From the IMG/VR virus record IMGVR_UViG_3300027724_000009: a stretch of 64,000 bases of DNA; one strand, given 5' to 3'. Positions within the stretch are counted from its first letter, which is position 1, and each line of letters starts with the position of its first letter. A model generated the notes under the pieces. That model was not told where the DNA came from and did not search any database. It was given only the letters and a program-made list of their open reading frames with translations. The position numbers were made by a program, and so were the translations under genes. This document shows positions 18,409-29,189 of the stretch, in pieces. This stretch comes from an uncultured virus (IMG/VR IMGVR_UViG_3300027724_000009) (taxonomy: Duplodnaviria; Heunggongvirae; Uroviricota; Caudoviricetes).

Positions 18409-20028
18409 ATGTTTGACAAAGAATTTTACCCTACTCCAAAGCATGTAATTACTAAGATGTTACAGCCTTATATGGACCAAAAAAAGCGAGTTTATGGTGG
18501 AACTGCAAATTACTTTACCGACATATCAATACTCGAACCGTCTGCCGGTAAGGGCGACATCTTAGACTACATTAACGACAAGTTTTCAGGTAAGAGAGCC
18601 GGATTGCGGTACTACTGCATTGAACGCAACCAAGATTTGACGCATATCCTGAATGAGAAAGACTACCGAGTAATAGCGCATGATTTCCTGCAGTATTCCG
18701 GAGATTACTATTTCGATTTTATCATTATGAACCCTCCGTTCTCGAATGGCGACGAGCACCTGCTGAAAGCGTGGGACGTATTACGTGGAGGAGATATCGT
18801 ATGCTTACTGAATACCGAAACGTTAACCAATCCGAACACAGAGCGGAAACAACATCTGCTGAAGCTGATTGAAAAGCATGGTAGTTTTGAGCATTTGGGA
18901 GCGGTATTTGCTGACAGTGAACGGCCAACCAATGTAAGAGTGAGCATGGTACGCCTCCACAAAGTTGAGGAGGAAAGTGCATTCAACTTCAAATTTGAGA
19001 AAGTTACAAAGGAATCACAGTTCGACCTGAATGAAGATATTTTGGGTAACGAAATTGCCCGAAAGGATTTGGTAGGTAACATGATGCTTCAGTACGACGA
19101 ATTGCGTAAGGCATACATTGACTACAATAAAGCAAGGAGCCGGGTATCATTCTACTCCAATGGCCTTATGACACAGTATTGCAGTATTTTCAAAGACGTA
19201 ATTGATAAACTTAATCAGAATACATTACGTGGTGACTATAATCAGTTTTGCGATCTCGTCAAAAAAGAGATATGGCGTGTGATATTTGGTAAGATTGATA
19301 TGGATAAATACATGACGCATGATGTACGTCAAAACTTCTCCAAGTACATTGACAAACAGGGAGCAATGGATTTTACCAAAGAGAACGTGGCCCAGGTTGT
19401 AGAAATGCTATTCACCAACAGATTTACGATTTTAGATAAGGCCGTAATTGATGTATTCGACATCTTTACAAGGCACCACAAAGAAAACCGGTATCTAATC
19501 GAGGGTTGGAAAACGAATGACAAATGGAAAGTAAACCGTAAGGTTATCCTGCCATATTACGTTAAGTACGGTGAGTACATGAGCCAACATGACCTGAAAC
19601 AGTTTGGAGATAAATTCAGTATCTCATATCACAGAGCGAGCGAGTACACCGACATTGATAAAGTGATGTGCTACATTACAGGGAAAGATTTTAAAAACTG
19701 CACTACTATTTCGGAGGCATTAAAAGATAGTTTCCAAAGGTTAGGCCATGTGAAAAATGAGAAGTTTGACAATACCTGCACAAGCACGTTCTTTAATATC
19801 CGATTTTTCAAAAAAGGTACAATACACATAGAATTTCGGGATGCTAAGTTGTGGGAGCAGTTCAATCTTATGGCGTGTGCCGGGAAGAAGTGGTTACCGG
19901 AAACAGAGCAACGTGAATACGATGCTAAAATGCAGTATCGTGAAGAACCTGAACTAACTATAACACCGAAAATGATTGAGGCAAATTTGGAGCCAATAAC
20001 GGCACAATTCGAGTTGAATTTTGTATAA
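18409..20028 (+). CDS. Class I SAM-dependent DNA methyltransferase with DUF4942-like C-terminal domain
   Basis: FYPTP, ILEPSAGKGD, IIMNPPF; FNIRFFKKGTIHIEF. Confidence 0.85.
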   Translation: MFDKEFYPTPKHVITKMLQPYMDQKKRVYGGTANYFTDISILEPSAGKGDILDYINDKFSGKRAGLRYYCIERNQDLTHILNEKDYRVIAHDFLQYSGDYYFDFIIMNPPFSNGDEHLLKAWDVLRGGDIVCLLNTETLTNPNTERKQHLLKLIEKHGSFEHLGAVFADSERPTNVRVSMVRLHKVEEESAFNFKFEKVTKESQFDLNEDILGNEIARKDLVGNMMLQYDELRKAYIDYNKARSRVSFYSNGLMTQYCSIFKDVIDKLNQNTLRGDYNQFCDLVKKEIWRVIFGKIDMDKYMTHDVRQNFSKYIDKQGAMDFTKENVAQVVEMLFTNRFTILDKAVIDVFDIFTRHHKENRYLIEGWKTNDKWKVNRKVILPYYVKYGEYMSQHDLKQFGDKFSISYHRASEYTDIDKVMCYITGKDFKNCTTISEALKDSFQRLGHVKNEKFDNTCTSTFFNIRFFKKGTIHIEFRDAKLWEQFNLMACAGKKWLPETEQREYDAKMQYREEPELTITPKMIEANLEPITAQFELNFV

Positions 20029-20046
20029 CTTATAAAATCAAAAACA

Positions 20047-20373
20047 ATGTTTTACGACGCTTATTCAAATTATAGAAAATTCATGCACGAGGACTCTGTT
20101 TATTCAGCATTTATGGCAAAAGAAAGTGAGGTTGAAATTGAATTACCTATGGTACAGGATTATAAATTACGTGAGATACTTGATGCATGGAATAGTTATG
20201 GTGGGATGCGTTGGCGTATCAGGTATGTAAATGATTATTGGTATGTTTATCAATGGGGAGTTGGCAGCTGGATATGGGAGAAGTTGGTATCACATATTGA
20301 GAGGGATAAATTCCACAATGAATTATACATTGCAACAGTTGATGCACGATTAATAAAAACAACTTTATTTTAA
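20047..20373 (+). CDS. Hypothetical protein
   Basis: ORF with A-rich leader. Confidence 0.6.
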   Translation: MFYDAYSNYRKFMHEDSVYSAFMAKESEVEIELPMVQDYKLREILDAWNSYGGMRWRIRYVNDYWYVYQWGVGSWIWEKLVSHIERDKFHNELYIATVDARLIKTTLF

Positions 20374-20400
20374 ATAATTTTTCACCAATAAACAATATTT

Positions 20401-20865
20401 ATGAGCACATTAGTAACAGAACGTAACATCTTTGAAAAAGAATGGTGCGTTGACAATTTTAAAGACTATGCGGTGATTGACTTCACGACTAGAGAACGCA
20501 TTGTCGATGTAGTTTACAGTAAACCAAGTATGCAAAAGAAAATAGCATTGGTTATCTCTGCAGTACCGGAAATGATTGATGCACTAACGATGATATCGAG
20601 AGTGCTGGATGAGCAGCTGACTGCAGATGCAAAAGAAAATCCGGATATAGCCGAGGCATTGAAAGTGTACGAGAAGATTATCGAAAAGGTAGTTCCGATT
20701 GAATTTACTTTGAATTGTGGTAAAGTTATCGAGAAAGGTGATGCATACTACATAGTTGAAAATGGTAGTGTAGTATGGCAGCAACTAAGCCACAAATCAG
20801 ATTTAGAAAAGATAGGATTTGAAACTCCAACACAAGCAAATGAGTATCTACAATCCCGACAATAA
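20401..20865 (+). CDS. Hypothetical phage protein
   Basis: ALVISAVPEMIDAL resembles the common phage AAPEL motif. Confidence 0.6.
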   Translation: MSTLVTERNIFEKEWCVDNFKDYAVIDFTTRERIVDVVYSKPSMQKKIALVISAVPEMIDALTMISRVLDEQLTADAKENPDIAEALKVYEKIIEKVVPIEFTLNCGKVIEKGDAYYIVENGSVVWQQLSHKSDLEKIGFETPTQANEYLQSRQ

Positions 20866-21331
20866 AAGCGATACCGTTGAACGTATTGTAAAAGACTTCT
20901 TATTCAGCCGTAGGATTGCTACCGATGTAATTGCATTGCTGATTGAATCGGGTAAATCTGAAAAGGAAGTAAGAGAGTATTTCGTTAATGCATTCAAAGA
21001 TAACCATGTATCTACCGTTCAGGCAGAATCGTGGTATTCAATGCTTTTAGCAATAGCTAATAACGATTACCTTAAAAAAAGCATGAAGATAATGGACGGT
21101 GAGTATATCCGTAGGCCGTCTGCAGCTTATTTTATCATGCAATATTACATAGACTTTGAGGAGTTCACTAAGCAACAGAGTGTATTGATTATAGCAGATC
21201 ACGATAAGATTGCTGAAGAAAAGGCAAAAGCATTTTCCTCCACAATAAAAAGCATATCAAACGTTGAAGTTTCCCGGATATCGAAATTTGAATTTGATTT
21301 ATTAAAAAACGATTTAAAAATTATACGATGA
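20840..21331 (+). CDS. Hypothetical protein
   Basis: ORF packing. Confidence 0.55.
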   Translation: MSIYNPDNKSDTVERIVKDFLFSRRIATDVIALLIESGKSEKEVREYFVNAFKDNHVSTVQAESWYSMLLAIANNDYLKKSMKIMDGEYIRRPSAAYFIMQYYIDFEEFTKQQSVLIIADHDKIAEEKAKAFSSTIKSISNVEVSRISKFEFDLLKNDLKIIR

Positions 21332-21795
21332 GCATAGTAATAGATTTTAAAAAGGAAAAGTTATCTGAAATAACAAAAGAAACTTTCAAAGAAGCTATAT
21401 TTTTAGCATACAAAGACGGTGTAACAAGTGTTGCACCATTAGGTTTTAGTGGAAATACAATAATACTACATGGTAGTAGTAATGAAAAAACAAGTCGTGT
21501 ATCACAAGTAAGTGTTCGAAATTACTCTGGTGATGCTGAATTATTAATTACCGATATTAAAGGTAGTTTTTTATTTTATGGTCGATTTCGTGTTGACTTA
21601 GGTATAGATTTTGTTGCACATCAATATTGGATTATATTCAAGAAAGTACGAAAATATATTTTAAAGGAAGTACCAAGAATAAGTGAGTTTAAGGATATCG
21701 AAATACCACATAATTGCAATAGAAGTAGTGGTTTTGATATTTTACATCATGCACAATTAAATTACTATAAAAAACACGATTCACTGCTTAATTAA
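21328..21795 (+). CDS. Hypothetical protein (AT-rich)
   Basis: ATGA overlap. Confidence 0.55.
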   Translation: MSIVIDFKKEKLSEITKETFKEAIFLAYKDGVTSVAPLGFSGNTIILHGSSNEKTSRVSQVSVRNYSGDAELLITDIKGSFLFYGRFRVDLGIDFVAHQYWIIFKKVRKYILKEVPRISEFKDIEIPHNCNRSSGFDILHHAQLNYYKKHDSLLN

Positions 21796-21799
21796 CTAT

Positions 21800-22060
21800 A
21801 TGAGAGTAACAGAAAAAATAGATAGACCTATGACAGAAAATGATTTCGATTCATTTAATTTTAAATCAGATAGTGATTGCTCCGAGCAGGAGTTTATGAA
21901 CAAGTACGATTTTATGGTACAGGATAAACGGCTGACAGTTGAGTATCTGAAGATAAAATACAAATGGATGAAAGGAGAGGCCACATGGCGTGACGTTTGT
22001 GTGGAATACTTCAAAACAAATGCTTATTTAACAAGTGTAAAAAATATAAAAGATGTATAA
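21800..22060 (+). CDS. Hypothetical protein
   Basis: ORF packing. Confidence 0.55.
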   Translation: MRVTEKIDRPMTENDFDSFNFKSDSDCSEQEFMNKYDFMVQDKRLTVEYLKIKYKWMKGEATWRDVCVEYFKTNAYLTSVKNIKDV

Positions 22061-22379
22061 TATTAAACTACCTGAATTGGTGCAGTCATTAAAAAATTCA
22101 GTTTACGTTTGCAAGGATTATGTGCCTTATCAGATTACCAAAAACGGTACTTTTAACGTTGATAAAAATGAGTATGACTTAGAATTAGGTTGGTTGCAGA
22201 AACACGAAAAAACAGATATCATTGGAGAAACAATAGATACTTATGTCGTTAGAATTATTCATGGAAATCATGGAATATGGATTGGTGATATAGTAGTAAG
22301 TTTATATTACTTTTTACCTTTAGGAGTACATAAAAGCAGGTTTGTAAGTTGGAATAATAATCAGTTAAAATTAATATAG
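22053..22379 (+). CDS. Hypothetical protein
   Basis: ORF packing. Confidence 0.55.
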   Translation: MYNIKLPELVQSLKNSVYVCKDYVPYQITKNGTFNVDKNEYDLELGWLQKHEKTDIIGETIDTYVVRIIHGNHGIWIGDIVVSLYYFLPLGVHKSRFVSWNNNQLKLI

Positions 22380-22383
22380 TATT

Positions 22384-22581
22384 ATGGCAAAAGAAATAAA
22401 AGAGCCGGTTAAATATACCTGCACAAGTTGTGGTGGTGATGCATACATAGCGTTTGTACCGGAAACTATAAAGCGAGGAAAATTGAAAGGACAACAGAGA
22501 GCAGGTTGGAACGGTATAGTTAAGCCGGGAGAACGTATCTGTCTGCCATGCGGAAAAAAACGTCAACTTAAAATTTTATAA
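22384..22581 (+). CDS. Small zinc-ribbon protein
   Basis: CTSC ... CLPC. Confidence 0.6.
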   Translation: MAKEIKEPVKYTCTSCGGDAYIAFVPETIKRGKLKGQQRAGWNGIVKPGERICLPCGKKRQLKIL

Positions 22582-22591
22582 AATAATAACT

Positions 22592-22972
22592 ATGGATTTA
22601 TCTGAAGCATTCGAACATCTACTCGAAAATGTAGATAAGAACAAATATACCAAAGGAACGGTAGCAAGTTGGAAGAACCGATTTAATGCGAACAAGCTAT
22701 CCTATGAAAAAATGCATGAGTTGTTGCTCGATAACAATTACAAGTGTTTTAAGAGCGATGAGGTTTGGTTGCAACCTGGCTCCGACAAGCCGTATGAGTT
22801 TGCGGTATTGGATAAGGATGAGATTTTGATTTACAAAGAAATATTCGCATCTTCAAAGTCTGAAGCAACAAACAAATTGAAAGCGGAGAATTATATCCTG
22901 CTGAATGACCTAAGTAATAAAAAACGGATTGAAAGTATAGTAAATTTGCTCAATGTATTTCAAAACTCGTAA
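22592..22972 (+). CDS. Hypothetical protein upstream of TerL
   Basis: Overlaps TerL start. Confidence 0.55.
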   Translation: MDLSEAFEHLLENVDKNKYTKGTVASWKNRFNANKLSYEKMHELLLDNNYKCFKSDEVWLQPGSDKPYEFAVLDKDEILIYKEIFASSKSEATNKLKAENYILLNDLSNKKRIESIVNLLNVFQNS

Positions 22973-24596
22973 AGAATTAGCATTAATCGAATTAGCCAAA
23001 CGTCGAAAGATTGGTAACTACCAAGAACGGCCTGATTTATGGTTGAGTGAAAGATTTGGTGAGCCATTGAGCGTACTGAAGTGGAGTGAATTTGAGGGAT
23101 ATGAGAACCATAAATGGGACGGCACCGTAGATCCGTTCATGTCTGCCTGTAAAGCATTGACGGCCCGGAAGTGGGTTGGAATTGAAAGCGCAACTTCAGT
23201 AGGTAAAACATATTGCCTACCACGCATCATTTATTGGTTTTTAGACACGTTCCCAAACTCGCTTGTAATTACTACTGCTCCGAAAAAAGACCAACTAAAA
23301 AAGATTCTATGGACGGAAATGGGGAATGCATACCATAAGTTCAAAAAGATACGGCCACACTCCGAATTTATTACCCTGAATATTGCAGTTGATAAGCGTA
23401 CCAAAAAAACCTCCACACAGAAAGTTGATGATAGCATTGAGGGAGGAATGGGTTGGGAGGTATTAGGTATCGTTTCCGGTGTGGCCGCAGGTGAGGATTC
23501 AGCGACCAAAATGCAGGGTTTTCACAGGGAGAATATGTTATTTGTCATTGACGAAATGGCCGGTGTGCATCCTGCAGTATTGACGGCAATCATTAATACG
23601 TGTACGGCACCAAATAACCTGATTATAGGCGTAGGCAATCCCGATAGCCAAATTGATACCCTGCATACGTTCTGTCAGTTGAAAAAAACAGAGCATATTA
23701 TTGTATCTGCATACGACCACCCGAACGTTGTGAATAAGCGAATGATAATACCAGGTGCAGTATCAGTTGAGAGTATCGACATGAGAAAGGAGGAATACGG
23801 AGAGGAAAGTAACTTCTACAAAAGTCGTGTACGTGGTATTGCTCCGGAGGAGGGAACCGGCTCATTATTCAGAGCGGAGTATATAGACCAATGCTACATA
23901 TACAATAAGGATAAGTTTCATGGCAATCCTGAAAAGATTGGTAATAATGCCGTCGGAGTGGACGTAGCAAACAGTGAGCAGGGTGACATGGCTTGTTTAG
24001 CATGGGGTAAGGGTAACAAATTATTTCAGTTGCAGGAGTTCCAATGTGATAACGCCACACATCTTGCGTATAACATGATGTACGATACGCATGAATTGGC
24101 ACGTTTTGGTTATAAGAACTACAATACCCTGAAGATTAAGGATTACAAGATACACGACCGTAATATCGGTATTGATACGGTAGGTGTTGGTGTAGCTACT
24201 ATCAATGCATTCTATGACAAAAGAAAAGATGTGGTTGCACTTATCGGAGGCCAACTTCAGGAGGCTTTAAATTTGGATAATGACGGCAATCCGCTTTATA
24301 ACTTTCAGAACTTACGTTCTCAAATGTACTTTGAGTTCAGGGAAGATTTGCGTACCAATGGCGTAATTTTAGATCTCGACAAAAAGACATTCCTGAAACT
24401 TAAAAAAGAACTGTTAGCACACACATACAAAGTTTCCGGAGGTAAGATATTTGTGGAATCAAAGGACGATATTAAAAAGAAACTCGGTGGAAAATCTCCG
24501 AACCTATCAGATAGTGCAGTTTATTGGAATTTCGTTCGTAAAAACTACTACAAAAAAACTATGTCATTACCGTTTTCAGGTAGCGCAAAGAAATAA
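22953..24596 (+). CDS. terL: Terminase large subunit
   Basis: Walker A SATSVGKT, Walker B FVIDEMAG, GNP, nuclease GVDVA, IDTVGVG, SPNLSDS. Confidence 0.92.
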   Translation: MYFKTRKELALIELAKRRKIGNYQERPDLWLSERFGEPLSVLKWSEFEGYENHKWDGTVDPFMSACKALTARKWVGIESATSVGKTYCLPRIIYWFLDTFPNSLVITTAPKKDQLKKILWTEMGNAYHKFKKIRPHSEFITLNIAVDKRTKKTSTQKVDDSIEGGMGWEVLGIVSGVAAGEDSATKMQGFHRENMLFVIDEMAGVHPAVLTAIINTCTAPNNLIIGVGNPDSQIDTLHTFCQLKKTEHIIVSAYDHPNVVNKRMIIPGAVSVESIDMRKEEYGEESNFYKSRVRGIAPEEGTGSLFRAEYIDQCYIYNKDKFHGNPEKIGNNAVGVDVANSEQGDMACLAWGKGNKLFQLQEFQCDNATHLAYNMMYDTHELARFGYKNYNTLKIKDYKIHDRNIGIDTVGVGVATINAFYDKRKDVVALIGGQLQEALNLDNDGNPLYNFQNLRSQMYFEFREDLRTNGVILDLDKKTFLKLKKELLAHTYKVSGGKIFVESKDDIKKKLGGKSPNLSDSAVYWNFVRKNYYKKTMSLPFSGSAKK

Positions 24597-24625
24597 TTTA
24601 TACTTAACTTTAGGAAAAGTATAAC

Positions 24626-27085
24626 ATGGGTTTTCTCGACGATTTCGGAAATATAGTATTGAGGTATGCGTTTGGTGAGCATAAGAATAACCAAGCACAA
24701 ACTACTGCAAAGCCTACTGTTATTAAGGCTAAGACGGAGCCGGGATTTATGCCTGTTGGTAATGTCAGAAGTAGTGTAGAATCGGGTGCCTCCACGTTTG
24801 CACCGACCGGAAAATTGCAGGAAATAAAGCCTGATTTTGCTATTGAATATCTATCTACCATTGAAAATTTGGCCGCATTCAATCCGGATATCTCTTATGG
24901 ATTAGACAACATTGTTACGTTGGGTAATACAGAGCACGATATTTACTTCTCCGATAAGATACCTGAAAGTAAGCAATCTGAAATGCGTAATTACCTATTA
25001 GAGCAGGAGCGAACGTGGTACGGATTTAGTGGAGGAGTGAGAAGTTTGAAAGGAGATTTACTCACACAGATTGTGATAAATGGTGCACTATCTGCAGAGG
25101 CCGTTCCACGAGAAGATTTAACTGCCATTAAGAAAATCGTTCGTGTATCTCCAAAGCACATACGTTTCATATACGACAAAGAGGCCGATGAATTTTATCC
25201 GTATCAGAATGTAAATATTTTGAGTAAAGCGAGTAGTGATTATCCAGGCAAAGTAAAGCTGAATACGACCACATACAAGTACATTGCTTACCGCAGATAC
25301 TTTGAAACTCCGTATGCAGTTCCTCCGTTTATTACGGCCATTGAAGCGTTATGCATTCAGCGTCCAATGTTAGCCAACTTCAAAAACATCATGGATAAAA
25401 TGGGTATGCTCGGTTTTCTTACTGCAACAGTAACGTCACCGGAGCAGAACGACGGAGAGGACGATACCGAATATTGGAACCGTTGCGTTGAGTATTTGGA
25501 CAAGTACATTTATCCGCAGATGCAGAAGAATTTATCTTCAGGATTAGTTGTAGGATTTAAAGATGCACATGAGTTCAAGTTGGAGGGAAACAATATGAAC
25601 GTGGCAGGAGCCGACGGATTGGTACAGTTAGTTCAGTTAATGATATTTGCAGGTTTGAAACAAGATCCGAATATGTTAGGCCGTAACTATTCCACTACCG
25701 AAACGTTCGGGCGTGTTATCCTCGAAAAAATGCTATCTCAAATCAGAGATTATCAAAGTTTAGTGGACCAATTCTTTAGCGAGATTTACACGATTGCATT
25801 GCGTTTGAAAGGCTATGAACCTGGGTATGTGAAAGTAGTCAGTAAACCTCCGATGATTAATGACAGGCTGAAAGATGCACAGGCTGAAACTGCAGAAATA
25901 TCGAATGTATTGGCGAAACGTAATGCCGGTATCATTGGACAAAAGAAAGCGGCCAATGAGTTAGGGTACGATGAGCCGGAAACAGAAGATTTCGAAATTC
26001 CCGGACAACAGACAGATGCAGGTACCACTCCACCTGCAGAAAAAAAAAAGGTAGCACCGGCCAATAACAGTAGCGAGTTAATCGATTACTATGAACAGAA
26101 ATTAGGAGTGGATATTCCTGAATGGAGTTACGAATGCAACCTGCCACACGTTAAGAAAATATACAACTTTGACGGAACAGACTTTGGTGACAAGAAAACG
26201 AATAGCCTATCTACTGCATACATCAAAGAAACAGGCAAGGTATTCAATAAAGCCATTGATAAAGTTTCCAATGCCGTAGGAGCAAAGTTTGATAAGTACA
26301 ATGAAAATACTGCCTTAAACGATATCCAAAACGAAGTATGGTTAACAATACTGTCAAAGTGGGATAGCAACTTTGTGGTACCAATGAATGACGTTATCAA
26401 ACGTAACGTGGAGGCGATATACAACAACTTCAGGAAAGACAAAAAAGCATTCGGTAATACTAAGACTACATCTGCCAACCAACAGAAGTTTGCATCTGCA
26501 GACGATATTCCTGAAGCAGTATTCTCGCTGAAAGATTATCGTACCATTGAATACATGGAGCAACACGACAATATGTATTTGGGTAAGTTCATTACTGATA
26601 AAGATACCAAAGCCAGGGTGTATAAATACATTGAGGCCAACTACATTGACGGCAATCTGCCTATAGGTAAAAACAAATCAGAGATACAGAAATTTATCGA
26701 TGCATTCCGGGAGCAGTTATCTTTAGAGGCTTGGAAGATTCGACGTATTATTGATACTTCAGTAACGAAACTAAAATCGTTCGGGCACCTGCGGTATCTT
26801 TCACAGGCCGAGATAGAAAAATTCGAGGTGATTGAATTAATCGACAACGTTACGTGCCCGTATTGCGAACACATGGACGGCATGGAGTTCAGCGTCGAAA
26901 CGGCAGTCAGCACGATAGACGATGAGATCAGTGCAGGTCCCGGGAAGTTGGCAGCAACGAGTCCGTTTGCGACGACGTATAAAATCGATGCGTTCAAAAA
27001 ATTAACGCAGGAAGATTTGGAGAGTAGCAATATCGTAAAGCCTCCGTTTCATCCGCATTGCCGAGGCCGTTTGGTATCTGTCTAA
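24626..27085 (+). CDS. Portal protein fused to MuF (Phage_Mu_F) head morphogenesis domain
   Basis: Follows TerL; C-terminal TCPYCEHMDG ... PPFHPHCRGRLV. Confidence 0.8.
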   Translation: MGFLDDFGNIVLRYAFGEHKNNQAQTTAKPTVIKAKTEPGFMPVGNVRSSVESGASTFAPTGKLQEIKPDFAIEYLSTIENLAAFNPDISYGLDNIVTLGNTEHDIYFSDKIPESKQSEMRNYLLEQERTWYGFSGGVRSLKGDLLTQIVINGALSAEAVPREDLTAIKKIVRVSPKHIRFIYDKEADEFYPYQNVNILSKASSDYPGKVKLNTTTYKYIAYRRYFETPYAVPPFITAIEALCIQRPMLANFKNIMDKMGMLGFLTATVTSPEQNDGEDDTEYWNRCVEYLDKYIYPQMQKNLSSGLVVGFKDAHEFKLEGNNMNVAGADGLVQLVQLMIFAGLKQDPNMLGRNYSTTETFGRVILEKMLSQIRDYQSLVDQFFSEIYTIALRLKGYEPGYVKVVSKPPMINDRLKDAQAETAEISNVLAKRNAGIIGQKKAANELGYDEPETEDFEIPGQQTDAGTTPPAEKKKVAPANNSSELIDYYEQKLGVDIPEWSYECNLPHVKKIYNFDGTDFGDKKTNSLSTAYIKETGKVFNKAIDKVSNAVGAKFDKYNENTALNDIQNEVWLTILSKWDSNFVVPMNDVIKRNVEAIYNNFRKDKKAFGNTKTTSANQQKFASADDIPEAVFSLKDYRTIEYMEQHDNMYLGKFITDKDTKARVYKYIEANYIDGNLPIGKNKSEIQKFIDAFREQLSLEAWKIRRIIDTSVTKLKSFGHLRYLSQAEIEKFEVIELIDNVTCPYCEHMDGMEFSVETAVSTIDDEISAGPGKLAATSPFATTYKIDAFKKLTQEDLESSNIVKPPFHPHCRGRLVSV

Positions 27086-27094
27086 TTTCCTGCA

Positions 27095-27374
27095 CTCCAC
27101 AAAAAAAAGAGAGATATAAGATGTAGTATTCAGAACTTTCGTTTTTAGAAATATTATTCAAAACATGATAGAGCATTTTTGAACCTGAAATATGGTACAA
27201 AAATGCTTTTTTTATTTTCCTTAACAATTTAGTAACAGTTTGTAACGAGTTGAAATAAGCGTACTTATGATTTTATTTTGAAAATAATGGTATTATAATA
27301 GTGCAGGATATTGCACAAAGCAAATATCCTGCATAGATTTACACTATCAAATTGAAATAACAACAAAAATAAAC
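27095..27374 (+). repeat. Island-leading regulatory element, copy 1 (similar to 40219-40510)
   Basis: Shared AAAAAGAGAGATATAAGATGTAG and GGATATTGCACAAAGCAAATATCCTGCATAGATTTACACTATCAAATT. Confidence 0.85.
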
Positions 27375-27394
27375 ACTTTAAAAAAACAGCAATT

Positions 27395-27550
27395 ATGAGA
27401 ACATTTAAAGTAAACTTCAAAACAGCATCCGGAATCGCTAAGACGTATTTCATTGATGCAATGGACGCAACCGCAGCACTTTTATTCTTTAGTGCAGAAG
27501 CATTATTTCATAATTACGACGGAGTTTCTGCCGTTATTAATCACATCTAA
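27395..27550 (+). CDS. 51-aa hypothetical protein (MRTFKVNFKTASG...)
   Basis: Read manually; first ORF after the element. Confidence 0.55.
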   Translation: MRTFKVNFKTASGIAKTYFIDAMDATAALLFFSAEALFHNYDGVSAVINHI

Positions 27551-27561
27551 AAATTAGTACC

Positions 27562-28032
27562 ATGCAATATCTCGCTGAGGAACCAAGAACGTATTTAAAG
27601 AATCTGCCTGAGTTTTCTATAAAGTATAAAAAAGGGCAAGTAAAAGAAGTAAAAATCATTAACGCACAGACTGCCTATGAACTGCTAAAAGAATTGTATG
27701 ACGCAGACACATTGGAGTATTGTGAGAGTTCAATCGTAATTTTCCTGAATAGAAATAACAGAAGTATCGGTTGGTTCAAAGTTAGTCAGGGAGGTATTTC
27801 AGGTACAGTTGTAGATAACCGAATGATATTAGCGACGGCATTAACCGCTGGAGCATCATCAATAATTATGAGCCATAATCATCCGAGCGGTAATATTAAT
27901 CCAAGCGATATTGACGACAAATTAACAAGTAAACTAAAACAGGCTTGTGATATATTAGACATCAAATTATTAGACCATATTATAGTGACTGCAGACGATT
28001 ATTACAGTTATGGTGAACAGGGTAAAATTTAA
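27562..28032 (+). CDS. RadC/JAB domain protein
   Basis: SQGGISGTVVD, IIMSHNHPSGN.NPS..D, LLDHII. Confidence 0.92.
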   Translation: MQYLAEEPRTYLKNLPEFSIKYKKGQVKEVKIINAQTAYELLKELYDADTLEYCESSIVIFLNRNNRSIGWFKVSQGGISGTVVDNRMILATALTAGASSIIMSHNHPSGNINPSDIDDKLTSKLKQACDILDIKLLDHIIVTADDYYSYGEQGKI

Positions 28033-28055
28033 TCAAATCAAATAAAAAAAATAGC

Positions 28056-29189
28056 ATGAAAAATTTAGTAGCAACAGAAATGTTTATCATGGGCCCAGGG
28101 GGTGGCATGGAAAAATTGGAACCAATGAAAGAGTTACCGTTATACACGAAAGTCAGAAAATACGGAGCCGGTATGTTGGACGTGGACGGAGTAGTCATAG
28201 AACCTGCAAACGAGCATGGCGCACAGAAATGCGTTTCCATATCTGAAAGTTATAACGTATTTTTTACAATAGACCGTTATTCACGTCCATTAAGCAAGAA
28301 ATTTGGTATAGGTACTTACTACTATGACGACATGAGCAAAGTAGAAAAATCAGAAGTCCTAAAGTACATTGAGAAAGCAATCAAAGCCGACGTTGAACGT
28401 GCTGAAAAAAAACGTATAAAAGCCGAAGCAGATGCAAAGGAATTAGCCGAATTACCTGCAAAGTTTCCACACCTGAAAGCAGTAACAGAGAACGCTGACA
28501 AAAAAGAGGTGAAAGATAACCTTATGGCCGATCTTAAAAAGAACTTTCCCGGCATCCGATTTTCGGTAACGAAATCGAATTACTCCACTTATCAAATCAG
28601 GTGGACGGACGGACCGACCAAAAAAGAAGTGAATGCAATTAGCGACAAGTTTGAGGCATACAGTAGCGACATCACAGGAGATTTTTACGATTATACACCG
28701 AGCCTGTTTAACAGAGTATTCGGAGGATTCAAATTCGTATTCTGTAATAGAGATATGAGTCCTGAAGTAATGCAGGTAAATAAAGATTTGGAGGTAGGTA
28801 GTTATCAGGACAAATTGGATTTGGTATTTAACGTATGGCAAAAGACTAGTTTCCCTGCCAAGTTCACTCCTACAGGCATCAAACATAAAGACGATGTTAT
28901 GAGCGGTAATGACAGAGCTGATTTTTACGAGATAACCTTTGATACTCCGGCACCTGCTGAAGTGGAAAATACAGAAGTTATGGCAGGTGAAATCGTATTT
29001 CCGAATGGAGTGAAAATAGTTGACTATTCTGAAAGAGCCATTGCACTAATCGGAGATACTAAGCCTATCAAAGATACATTGAGTGGATTAGGTGGCCGTT
29101 TCAACTTCAGATTAACTTGCGGAGCAGGTTGGATATTTCCAATGACAAAAAAAGAAACAGTTGTTAACGCTTTAAATAAGTTATCGTAA
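28056..29189 (+). CDS. Protein with LPD29-like domain and C-terminal DYSERAIA domain
   Basis: LKKNFPGIRFSV...IRWTDGPT; VDYSERAIALIGDTKPIKD.L..LGGRFN. Confidence 0.7.
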   Translation: MKNLVATEMFIMGPGGGMEKLEPMKELPLYTKVRKYGAGMLDVDGVVIEPANEHGAQKCVSISESYNVFFTIDRYSRPLSKKFGIGTYYYDDMSKVEKSEVLKYIEKAIKADVERAEKKRIKAEADAKELAELPAKFPHLKAVTENADKKEVKDNLMADLKKNFPGIRFSVTKSNYSTYQIRWTDGPTKKEVNAISDKFEAYSSDITGDFYDYTPSLFNRVFGGFKFVFCNRDMSPEVMQVNKDLEVGSYQDKLDLVFNVWQKTSFPAKFTPTGIKHKDDVMSGNDRADFYEITFDTPAPAEVENTEVMAGEIVFPNGVKIVDYSERAIALIGDTKPIKDTLSGLGGRFNFRLTCGAGWIFPMTKKETVVNALNKLS

